The notes beneath the pieces are model-generated. The model had not been told where the DNA came from and ran no database searches. It saw only the letters and a list, made by a program, of their open reading frames with translations. From the human T2T-CHM13v2.0 reference genome, Homo sapiens, in the NCBI RefSeq assembly GCF_009914755.1, contig NC_060947.1: DNA of 64,000 bases; one strand, 5' to 3'. A program made the translations under genes and the position numbers. How positions within the stretch are numbered: position 1 is the stretch's first letter; each line of letters starts with the position of its first letter. Shown here piece after piece: positions 15,991 through 30,799 of the stretch.

Positions 15991-18900
15991 TTTTTTTTTT
16001 TCCAAACAAAAAAGTTGTAATGAAAAAGAAAAGACATTAACAATTTTTTTAAACAGTAGGATTTGGGCATGGGGCCGGTTGATCTTAAAAATCCTACTCC
16101 ATTCATTCACATCAAGCTGTCCAAACCTAGTAACTGGAAAGGTCCCATGATGCTGGGCTCTAAACATTGAAAACAAAGACTAGAATTATAGAATTATCTC
16201 TTATTTTCCTTTTCCTAAAAATTCCATCTTCAACTGGGGTCTATGGGCTCAAGAGCCATATTTATGAACCAAAATTCAGGACACATATTCTGGTACAGGG
16301 ACAATAGATGGTGTGAAAAATATCCAGGATACCTAGCTGTTGAAACTGCAGCCCTCCCAATGACTCTAATACTCAAGGGATTAAAAGCACAGCCCCAGAA
16401 GTTTTACATACAAAAATAGTAACAACCCAACTAAATTTGACTGCATTAAAAAAAATAATTATTTCCAAATCTGCTGAGCAGCTGAACAGTCTTCAGTGAT
16501 GCCTACTGTCACTGGGATTCGAAGACTCCCGCTCCCGGGAGCGCCGGGCCCTTTTATGCCTATGGGATTTATCTCGGCTCCTACGTCTTTTAAAAAAGAA
16601 ATTATTATACTTTAAGTTCTGAGGTACATGTGCAGAACGTGCGGGTTTGTTACACAGGTACACATGTGCCATGGTGGTTTGCTGCACCCATCAACCTGTC
16701 ATCTACATTAGGTATTTCTCCTAATGCTATCCCTCCCCTAGCCCCCCACCCCCCGACAGGCCCCAGTGTGTGATGTTCCCCTCCCTGTGTGCATGTGTTC
16801 TCATTGTTCAACTCCCACTTATGAGTGAGAACATGTGGTGTTTGGTTTTCTGTTCTTGTGTTAGTTTGCTGAGAATGATGGTTTCCAGCTTCATCCATGT
16901 CCATGCAAAGGACATGAACTCATCTTTTTTATGACTGCATAGTATTCCATGGTGTATATGTGCCACATTTTCTTAATCCAGTCTATCATTGATGGCCGGT
17001 TGGGTTGGTTCCACATCTTTGCTATTGTGAACAGTGCTGCAATAAACATACATGTCCATGTGTTTTTATAGTAGAATGATTTATAGTCCTTTGGGTATAT
17101 ACCCAGTAATGGGATTGCTCGGTCAAATGGTATTTCTGCTTCTAGATCCTTGAGGAATCGCCACACTGTCTTCCACAATGGTTGAACTAATTTACACTCC
17201 CACCAACAGTGTAAAAGCATTCCTATTTCTCCACATCCTCTCCAGCATCTGTTGTTTCCTGACTTTTTAATGATCACCATTCAAATTGGCATGAGATGAT
17301 ATCTCATTGTGGTGTTGATTTGCATTTGTCTAATGACCAGTGATGATGAGCTTTTTTTCATATGTTTGTTGACTGCGTAAATGTCTTCTTTTTAGAAGTG
17401 TCTGTTCATATCCTTCCCCCCACGTTTTGATGGGGTTGTTTTTTTCTTGCAAATTTGCTTACTGAGTGGGCAAAAACTGGAAGCATTCCCTTTGAAAACC
17501 AGCACAAGACAAGGATACCCTCTCTCACCACTCCTATTCAACATTATATTGGAAGTTCTGGCCAGGGCAATCAGGCAAGAGAAAGAAATAAAGGTATTCA
17601 AATAGGAAGAGAGGAAGTCAAAGTGTCTCTGTTTGCAGATGACACGATTGTATATTTAGAAAACCCCATCGTCTCAGCCCAAAATCTCCTTAAGCTGATA
17701 AGCAACTTCAGCAAAGTCTCAGGATACAAAATCAATGTGCAAAAATCACAGGCATTCCTATACACCAATAATAGTCAAACAGAGAGCCAAATCATGAGTG
17801 AATTCCCATTAGCAATTGCTACAAAGAGAATAAAATACCTAGGAATACAAATTACAAGGGATGTGAAGGACCTCTTCAAGGAGAACTACAAACCACTGCT
17901 CAAGGAAATAAGAGAGGGTACAAACAAATGGAAAAATATTCCATGCTCATGGATAGGAAGAGTCAATATCGTGAAAATGGCCATACTGCCCAAAGTAATT
18001 TATAGATTCAGTGCTATCCCCATCAAGCCAACATTGACTTAGAAATTAGAAAGTAGAATTAGAAAAACTACTTTAAATTTCACATGGAACCAAAAAAGTG
18101 CCCGTATAGCCAAGACAATCCTAAGCAGAAAGAACAAAGCTGGAGGCATCATGCTACCTGACTTCAAACTATACTAAAAGGCTACAGTAACCAAAATAGC
18201 ACAGTACTGGTACCAAAACAGATATGTAGACCAATGGAACAGAACAGAGGCCTCAGAAATAACACCACACACCTACAACCATCTGATCTTTGACAAACCT
18301 GACAAAAAAGAGCAATGGGGAAAAGATTCCCTATTTAATAAATGGTGTTGGGAATACTGGCTAGCCATATGCAGAAAACTGAAACTGGATCCCTTCCTTA
18401 CACCTTATACAAAAATTAACTCAAGATGGATTAAAGACTTAAACATAAGACCTAAAATTGTAAAAACCCTAGAAGAAAACCTAGGCAATACCATTCAGGA
18501 TATAGGCATGGGCAAAGACTTCTTGACTAAAACAGCAAAAGCAATGGCAACAAAAGCCAAAATTGACAGATCGGATCTAATTAAACTAAAGAGCTTCTGC
18601 ACAGCAAAGGAAACCATCATCAGAGTGAACAGGCACCCTACAGAATGGGAGAAAATTTTTGCAGTCTATCCATCTGACAAAAGGCTAATATCCAGAATCT
18701 ACAAAGAACTTAAAGAAATTCGGCTCCTACTTTTACTTCTATGACTACGCCCTTCAGAACACCCATTGTACTGGCTAGAATGTGTGTCTGAGCTCCGCCC
18801 TCTGTCCCTATTACTGGTCTTTTCTTCTCTTGCCTCCCTCCTGCTTGAGGACTTGTGCTCATGCTTGGGTTTCTCTTTCTTCAGGTCCCTCTCTAGGTCC

Positions 18901-19625
18901 TCTGCTCCACCAGAGTAGGCAGTCCTGGCCTTAGGGAGCTTCATCCCCTCCCTGGGCTCTGACTTCTGAGCTCTCTCTGAGTTCTTGCTGCTGTGCTTCT
19001 CAGGGCCAGGGTCATCCTTTTCTTTCACTGTCTTGCTTCTGGGTGATGAAAGAGGATGGTTGCTCTGCCTGTACCTCCCAGCCAATTTTCTCTTTTTCTT
19101 TTTTTTTTCTTTTTGTCATTTTTGTGCTTTTTTGTTGGTTTTTCATTTTCAGAGCTCAGACAAACTTGGTGAGGGAGTACAAGCCCCACAGCCCTTCTCC
19201 TGGAGCTCTTTGGTCACATTATCCATTTCTTCTGAGTCCTTAGGAGTCCAATAGTTAGACACATGATCCACTCGGATAGTTCTTCCTTTGATCTTGATCC
19301 CATTAAAATTGTCAATGGCCAGAATTGTGCTCCTCTGGCCTTCATAGCAGAGGAAACAGAATCCTTTGGATTTCCCAGTCTTCTTGTCCCGCATGAGATT
19401 GATGTTAACAATCTCCCATATTGTGAGAACACACAGATGATGTCCCCTTCAGTCAGTTCATAAGGAAGCCCTCCCAGGAAGATCCAGGCACTGTCCTTGT
19501 ACTCGGAAGGCCAGGACAACTTATCGGCCACCCCAAGCTGGACCTCTCGCTCATTCAGCTAGTTGATCGGCTTCATCTTAAAGGGTTCATCTCTGCGGGC
19601 TCGCACTCAGCGTTCAGGTATCAGA
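15991..19625 (-). pseudogene. RBMX2: Processed pseudogene of RBMX2 (RES complex Snu17/IST3 homologue, RRM protein), split by an L1 insertion
   Basis: Minus-strand peptides [96 protein letters not shown] and RSRDKSHRHKRARRSRERESSNPSD match RBMX2 collinearly without introns. ATG at 19590-19588 and stop at 16495-16493. Disabled by an early frameshift, TAG at 19561-19559 and further frameshifts. The symbol names the parent gene, and the 3' boundary is uncertain. Confidence 0.93.
16585..18720 (-). mobile_element. 5'-inverted, truncated L1PA (L1PA7-like) inside the RBMX2 retrocopy
   Basis: 3' UTR and ORF2 end lie on the minus strand (16585-17461), and the upstream ORF2 segment lies on the plus strand (17460-18720). 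TSD TCGGCTCCTAC at 16574-16584 and 18720-18730. Confidence 0.95.
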
Positions 19626-20534
19626 ACAATCACTTTTATAACCTGTATGAAATAGAGTAAAGCACCAGCAAACCTGCAAGGGGACAAGTTTTAACTGTAA
19701 CTGTGTCAGTTAAGGAGATAACTGATGGTTGGGAAAACAGAAAAGTATCTATGGGGTGAGGGGCATAGGGACTCTAAGTAACAGGGGAGAGTCTTTTGGA
19801 CAGAACTCAGCAGAAATTGTTCCTTTCTCCTACTTATATCCAACAGGGTAGCCATATTGCAAATATATTTTCCAGCAAATGTATTTTGCAGACAGCATTA
19901 CCAGAGCCAGTTTGCACTAAAGAGAGTTGCAGTGCCAGCATTCCACAAATCTGTGAAGATAGCAACTAGAGTCATAGAAATATAAGGACAGGAGGTTGAG
20001 CAACTGCCATTATATGAAAAAACTCTTTGCAGTTAATATTTTGGAACTTAATGGGTAGACACTATAGACTAACTAAGGAGATCCCTCTCACTGTCTGGCA
20101 GCACTTCCCCTACAAATCTCTATATATTGCAATAAAAGCATTTATTCTGATCATAAGAATTATATGTGCTTATCATGGAAATTTGAAAAATACCTCAAAA
20201 TATTAAAAAGGGGAACATTCTATCATCCAGTGATAATAGCTTGTGTACTGATGTGTATTCACCCAGCCTTTTCTTCCACTGAGAATGATGTATATGGCTG
20301 TGTGTGTGTGTGTGTGTTTTAAAATCGATATCATATTCCAAAAACAAATCTCTTTTTTCACTTAATACATGAGGAACATTTCCCATGTCATTAAATATTC
20401 TTCAAAATTTCATTGTTAATGACTGCATAGTGTTCAGGTTTTCTGTATAACTGTTAAGCATTAGTATATGAAACATTTTTCTCTCTCTGTAATTATTACT
20501 TGCAATAGCTAATGCAATGAAATAGGAAAATTAA

Positions 20535-20822
<288 letters not shown>

Positions 20823-20933
20823 TGAATGTGGGACAAAATTAATATTATTTGAGAATATTATTATTTTATACCTAGAAAAACACAAAGCAACCCAGTAAAT
20901 TAGCTATCAGGGTGAGAAAATTTAGTAAGTTAG

Positions 20934-21380
<447 letters not shown>

Positions 21381-22015
21381 TAAAAGAACATATTGAAGCC
21401 ATACCTGAATAAATGAACAGACATAGCACTGTCCTTGGAAGGAAGAAAATACTATAAAGATGTAATGTATTCCAAAATATAAATTAATTTTCTGTTGTTT
21501 GGATTGAATTTTCAAAGATATAATATGTTTAATATGACATGAGATAAAATGAGACTATGTTGGTTTTTATGAAAATCATATTTGAGGGCTCTGGGGGTAA
21601 CCTCTAGGCATAAGGTGCCCTCCAGAACAGTTGACACTGAAGCACAAGACATCCATGTGAATGCTGATCTTCAATGAAATGTTGAAGGCCATAGAAAAAG
21701 CACATGAGCAGCAAATCACAGAATTAGACATAATGAATTGCATATTTTGAATTGCAATCAAAATGGTTTACTACTTGAATAGCAATCTAAGGTTAAAAAG
21801 CTACGATTTATTTATTTACTGATAGTTGACAATGCTAATTCTCAGCTATAGAATTAGTTAATGTATTAATGTTTCAACCAAAATCCAAGTGGATTTTTTT
21901 GCAATATAACAAATAAATTTAAAGTTAGATGACAGAAGAAATGTACAAGAAGCACCCAGATATTTTTTAAGAAGAATACTATGAAGGGAATTGACCTATC
22001 AGATAGCAAAGTACA

Positions 22016-23229
<1,214 letters not shown>

Positions 23230-24807
23230 TCAAAGGAGCATGCTGTTGACAAAAGAATAGACAAATGAATTAGTGGAATAGAAAAAAAAGTCAAGAAATA
23301 CTTCCAAGTATACAGAGGGATGAACTATATTAAAATGAATATATCAAAGAGGTGAGGGAATGAAGGATTATTCAATGTAATTGGGTCCATTGAATACACA
23401 CTTGGAAAAAATAAATTTAGTTTCTTATTTTTAAATATTTTGAATGATTATCTGAACTTAATATAAATGGAATCACATAGTTTAAAAAATGAAATGAGGT
23501 GAAATGGATATCATACGAGGAAATATAGGACAATATTTTGTAAATTCAGTCTGAGTATACATATCCTATCAGGATAAAAAATCAAGAAGGGATAAAATAT
23601 AAACGATCAATTTAATCATGTAAATATTAAAAACTCCTACACATCCAAAGGTTCTACAAATACACTAAAATGACAAAACCCAGGAGAATACATTTTTAAA
23701 ATATAAGACAGAGATAAAACGTTTACAGCTCTAATATACAACAAAATCCTTCAACTCGGTAATTAGTAATTGATTATACAAAATATGATTAATAAAATTT
23801 AAAATGGGCAAAGAATATAAACACACTATTCACATAATTAAAATAATAATAATCATATGAGAATATGTGCAGCCTCAATAACTGTCAAGGAAATAAAAAT
23901 TGAATTATCAAAAGGATATAATATTTTGAAAATTATATGCAAAATTTAGAAGGTTAAGAAAATGTGAGAATATCTACTTCTAGAAGAGAAACGAGACAAC
24001 AGCAATATTGCACAGATATTTGGCAGGAATATAGATTTGCTCTAACCATTTGGGAAAGTAATTTGGCAATGAGTATGAACATTTTAAGAACGCATAAACT
24101 TTGATGCAGCTATTGCACTTGTAGGAATTTACCTCATTAGGTTAAATGGATATACGTGCATGGAGGCTCATTATAGCACCCCTCAGTGTCCTCGACATTG
24201 CAAAGCTCTTCATTGTCCGAAAACAATTGAAATCAGTTGTCTTTCTGAGCCAAGATAATTGACATTTAAATTTTTATCCAAAAAGCAGGCATCCAAATAA
24301 TGCTATGAGTTTTGGACATGAGAAAACCACTTTGCCTAACACAGTTAATCCTTTTGTGAAATTTCTGGAAATACATGGAACTTCATAGAAACATTTTCTT
24401 AAAATCCCAACAGTTGACATGAGCATTAAGGGTAGACAAAAATATTGTTCAGTCTGTAACATTGTTACTGCATACACTGCATGGTATAGTATGATCCTGA
24501 TCTTCCACCAACTTTCTTACTGCCCAGCTGACAAAGATATAAGATCAACTCAACTATTAAAGAAGTTCTGTTTAGTAATGCTTTCAGTAAGTTAATTTGG
24601 ATAATTGGTCATATTACAATGTCACTTGTACAAATTAAGTCTTCAATAAATATATTTGAATAAATAAGCTAATATTCTTGATTGAGGGTAGTAATTTGAA
24701 CATGGGAAGGGGAAAGACGTAAACCAGTCACCCAGGTATCTGTTGCATGTCTTAATTTCTAATTTTTTTCTCCAAATATTTTCAGTTCACACTTTGTGTC
24801 AGGCACC

Positions 24808-25600
24808 ATTCATTTATTCAACAAATCTTTACTGAGCACCTACGATAAGCCAGGCACTATTTCAAGAACATAGGACACACAACAGTGAATAATAGAGATG
24901 ATAAAGTTTACACAGTATTGGGAATTCCCTAGCCTAGACCTTCTACTAACAACATCTACTTAAAGGTTTTTTCAGCCTATTTCGGAAAAACAAAAACCTC
25001 CCCATAGGGACTTCTTCAAAAGCTGCAACTTGTTTTCGATTTCTTCATTCAAGCCACACATTTACTGAAATGCCTACTATTAGGAGCCAGGCACTGCTCT
25101 AGGCATTGGAGAAACATCAGCAAACAAAAAAGACAAAGTCTTTGCCCTCAAGAAGATTGTGTTCTAGAAACAAACAAAATACAAAATAATTTTAGATATT
25201 GATAAGTGTCACGAATAAAATGCAGAGGGCTGTATGATAAAAGTAATTGGGAGGAAAAGGCTTTAAAAGCTAGGGTGATCTGGAAGGCCACTCTGTGGAA
25301 ATGACATATAAAACAAAACCCGAATGACTAGAGGGAGCCAGCCATGGAAAGATCAATATGAAGAGCTTTCCAGACAGAAAGAACAGCTCTTCCAGAAGAA
25401 TAAACTTGAGATGTTCTAAGAACAGAGAAGAGCAGAGTGATCAAGAGTGGAAGTGATTGATAAGAGATGAGTTCAGAGAAGTGGCAGGAGACCAGATAAT
25501 TTTTGACCTTGTAGGCTAGGCTAAAGAGCGTAATTTTTATTCTGTATACAGTGGACAGTCACTAGAAGGTGTAGAATAGAGTAGTGATAAAATAAGATTT
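24808..25600 (-). mobile_element. L2 relic(s), resuming at ~27620-27780 and ~28345-28660
   Basis: attcatttattcaacaaatctttactgagcacctac and ccaggcactgctctaggcattggag are L2 3'-end motifs in reverse orientation. Confidence 0.7.
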
Positions 25601-26189
25601 ACTTTCTTTTTGAAAACCCAATATTTATTTCTTCCAGCTTTATTGAGGTATAATTGGCAAATAAAAATTGTATAAAGTGTGAAACATGTTTTTATAAATG
25701 TATATATTGTGAAATGATTACCATAGTCAAGTTAATTAGCATGTCCATCACCTCACATAGTTACCTTTTTTGTGGTGAGAAGATTTAAGATGTATTTTCT
25801 TAGCTAATTTTAAGTATACAATATAGTATTATTGATTATAGTCACCATGATCTACATTAGATTTCCAGAACTGACTCATTCTGCATAACTGAAACTCTGT
25901 ACCTTTTGACTAATATCTCCCTATTTCCCCCATATCCCTGCCCCTGGTAACCAGCATTGTCCTCTTTGCTTCTTTGAGTTCACCTTTTTAATAGAATCCA
26001 CATAAAAGTGAGATGATGCAGTATTTGTCTTTCTGTACCTTGCTTATTCCACTTAGCATAATGTCCTCCAGGTTCATCCATGTTGACTCTAATGATAAGG
26101 TTTACTTATTTTTTAGGGCTAAATGGAGTGGAATATATATGGAGTGGAATATTATTCACTTATGTTTCTCCAGTGGCTACTGTGGGGCA

Positions 26190-26327
26190 TACATATTACA
26201 TATATATATATACACATATATATATACACACACATATATATATATACACACATATATATATATACATATATATATATATCTAGCATTGTGCTCTTTGCTT
26301 TTGCTTTTTTGCCTCTTTGCTTCTTTG

Positions 26328-26364
<37 letters not shown>

Positions 26365-26400
26365 AATGTATAAATGTAAGGTATGAAATATATATATATG
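26190..26400. repeat. Compound (TA)n/(TACA)n microsatellite region
   Basis: Directly visible, including a pure (TA) run at ~26330-26359. Confidence 0.95.
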
Positions 26401-27033
26401 CCACATTTTCTTTATCCACTCATCATGGAGGGACATCTAGGTTGATTCTATATCTTGGCTATTTTTAATAGTGATGCAATGTACATGAGTGTCCAGATAT
26501 CTTTTTGACTTACTTATTTCAATTTCTTTGGACATATACCTAGAGTTAGGATTGCTGGATCACATGGTAGTTTTATTTTTAGCTTTTTGAGAAATTTTCA
26601 TACTGTTTTCCATAATGGCTATACAAATCATTTCTACCAATAGTGTTCAAGGGTTCCCTCTTGTCCACATTCTCATTAACACTTGCTATCTTTTGTCTCT
26701 TTGATAGTAGCCATTCTAGTTTGTCTCTGTTTGCAGATGAAATGACCTTATATAAGAAAACCCTAAAGACTCCACGTAAAAACTTTTAAAACTCATAAAC
26801 AAATCTACTAATGTTGCAAGATACAAAATCAACATGCAAAATTCAGCCGCATTTCTATATACTAACGGCAAACTATTTGAAAAATAAAGTAAGAAATCAA
26901 TCTCATTTATAATAGCACCAAAAAATAAAATGCACAGGAATAAATTTAACCAGGAGGTGAACAATCTGTACACTGAAAACTATAAAACATTGATGAAAGA
27001 AATTGAAGAAGACACAAATAAATGGCTTGGAAG

Positions 27034-27496
27034 TGTGAATCCAGAAAATCTTAGACAGGTCTCAGTTAATTTAGAAAGTTTATTTTGCCAAGGTTGAGGA
27101 CGAGCCCGTGACACAGCCTCAGGAAGTCCTGAGGACATGTGCCCAAAGTGGTCAGGGCACAGGTTGGTTTTATACATTTTAGGGAGACAAGAGACATCAA
27201 TCAATATATTAAGAAGTACATTGGTTTAGTCTGGAAAGGTGGGACAACTTGAAGCAAAGGCAGGAAGACTCGAAGCCGGGGAGGGAGCTTCCAGGTCACA
27301 GATATAAGGGATACACAAATGGTTACATTCTTTTGAGTTTCTGTTTAGCCTCTCCAAGGGAGGCAATCAATTATGCGTCTATCTCAGTGAGCTGAGGGGT
27401 GACTTTGAGTAGAATAGGAGGCAGGTTGACCCTAAGCAGTTTCCAGCCTGAGCTTTCCTTAGTGATTTTGGGGGCCCAAGATATATTCCTTTCACC
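27034..27496 (-). mobile_element. MER4A-like solo LTR
   Basis: tgtgaatccagaaaatc...atatattcctttcacc, ~460 bp, with a near TSD GAAG/AAAG. L1 sequence resumes afterwards. Confidence 0.88.
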
Positions 27497-27783
27497 AAAG
27501 AATTAATATTGTTGAAATATTCATACTGTCCAAAGGGATCTACAGATTCAGCACAATCCCTATCCACATTCCAACGTCATTTTTCACAGATATAAAAGAG
27601 ACAATACTAAGATTTATATTTTTATCACTCTGTCAGCTATTTAGAAAACTGACTATAGGGTAGTACTGGTAAAATCATAATTACATTATCCCAGATGCGA
27701 GATTATGATTGTTTGGACCAGAGTGGGAGCTGCAAAGAAGGTATGCAGTGGCTAAGTCCTGGGTATATTTTGAAGGTAGAGTG

Positions 27784-28340
27784 TTTCAGTGGCCTTAAGA
27801 CCACCTTCAAATTTGCAGATTCGCTACAAGGACTCACCTGACTCAATAGCAGATTGTTTTAATAACTGAGATTTATTACAGCAAAGGATAAAGTGCAAAA
27901 ACAACAGGAACATATATGCATTGGGCATAGTACAGAGAGGCTAGACACAGTTTTCCAAGTCCTTCCCCATCTGGGGCCACACAGAGCATGCTTTATTTCT
28001 AGCAGCCAACTAGAAGAGCTGTTGTGGGATAGATTGGACCAGGGAAGCCCATTTGAATCTTTGGGTCCAAGGCTTTTATTCAGAGTTGATTAGAAAGGCA
28101 TATCATCCATAGCAATAGAAACATGAGAGTCCAACAATGGAACCAGGTGCACATGATCAGTCTTGGTGTTTGTGCAAAGCAACCTGAGAAACTGATATGG
28201 AACAGTCCATAGCTCCAGGTGAACACAATGAAACCCTTAATCACTGACATGAATTATATTCTAAGGGTCACATTTCCAAGGGCTGACCAAGGGGTCGATC
28301 ATGATTCCAGATGTCCTTGGACATGCAAGGAGTAAGCAAC
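27784..28340 (-). mobile_element. Old LTR, MER21/MER77-like
   Basis: aagaccacc...gattcgct..aaggactcac...gatttattacagcaaaggata resembles the MER21-group LTR end. Assigned from recall. Confidence 0.55.
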
Positions 28341-28675
28341 CAGCTAAGAGGTCAAGTCATTGAGGATAAAAAATTGACTCTTGGTTTTTGTAAGTTTTAG
28401 GTCATAGTGATCTTAAGAGTGTCTCAGTTGAGTGGTGAGCATAACAGTCTGATATAAAATGTTGATGAGATAATGGAAGGTTAGGAATTAAAGTGAGTAT
28501 ACACAACTCTTTTAATGTATTTTCCTGTGAAGGGGAACCAAGAAATGAGGAGGTTTCTAGAGTATTTCAGATGTCAAGGAATTCTGTGGTCAGTTTTAAG
28601 ATTAAAAATATCACAGCATATTTATATGCTGACCTAGTAATGATTCAAGAAAGAAGGAAATACATGGTAGGTACT

Positions 28676-29047
28676 TGTATTAGTCTGTTCTTGCACTGCC
28701 ATAACGAAATACCTGAGACTGGGTAATTTATAAAGAAAAGAGGTTTAATTGTGTCACAGTCCCACAGGCTGCACAGAAAACATCACTGTGGAGGCCTCAG
28801 GAAACTTACAATCATGGTGGAAGGCGACAGGGAAGCAGGCACATCTTACATGGCAGGAGCAGGGTTGGGGGTGCTGCCGCACACTTTTCAACAACTAGAT
28901 CTCATGAGAACTCTATCACAAGAACAGCAGCGAAAGGGGAAGTCCACCCCTATGATCCAATCACCTCCCACCAAGCCCCACCTCAAACACTGGGGATTAC
29001 AATTCAACATGAGATTTGGGCAGGGAAAAAAATCTAAATCACTATCA
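28676..29047 (-). mobile_element. MaLR solo LTR (MSTA-like)
   Basis: tgtattagtctgttcttgcactgccataacgaaatacctgagactgggtaatttataaag...actatca. Confidence 0.9.
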
Positions 29048-29068
29048 GCCCTTGAAAAGAGAGAGGTA

Positions 29069-30374
<1,306 letters not shown>

Positions 30375-30379
30375 CTTGT

Positions 30380-30750
30380 AAACATTCATATACATCTGTA
30401 CATACCTTCACACACTTATAAACACACACAGCATCACACTCTCATATCTCTTACACATGCTGAAAAACACATACTCAGTAACACACACTCACACATTCAA
30501 TCACACACATTTTCACAAGTCTCACACACTCATACATACACATTCCTATACTCAAATACACTCACAAATTCTCTTACATGCTCTGTAACACTAAAACTCT
30601 CACACACTTTCAGATTCACACAGTCACATTCTGACACATACATACTTTCAAACACACACTCCTACATATACTCACATAATCACATACACTCACACTTACA
30701 CATAGTCTCACACTGAAACAGCCACACATTCACACAGACACGAACTCACA
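30380..30750. repeat. Degenerate CA-rich low-complexity tract
   Basis: Continuous cacacact/cacata-like units. Confidence 0.9.
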
Positions 30751-30799
30751 GATGTGAAAGACATATCAGTTTTCATTGTTGCCATGGCTATTCTAGCAA

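Larger units (their letters stand above)
25602..27607 (-). mobile_element. Old L1MA element (L1MA9-like) with an inverted 5' segment, containing a MER4A LTR
   Basis: Minus-strand 3' UTR and ORF2 end at ~25620-26718, then plus-strand ORF2 (tctctgtttgcagatga.atg...gaaaaccctaaagactccac) at 26719-27607. TAAGATTTA flanks both sides (25593-25601, 27608-27616). Confidence 0.8.

Noticed and set aside
18699-19590. Functional RBMX2 retrogene
   Set aside because: Frameshift within the first codons, an in-frame TAG, a frameshift inside the RRM and an L1 insertion.
15991-19625. Assigning a numbered RBMX2 pseudogene name or a chromosomal locus
   Set aside because: This cannot be determined without mapping to a reference genome.
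26013-26436. Overlapping Tyr/Ile-rich ORFs
   Set aside because: Artefact of (TA)n/(TACA)n microsatellites.
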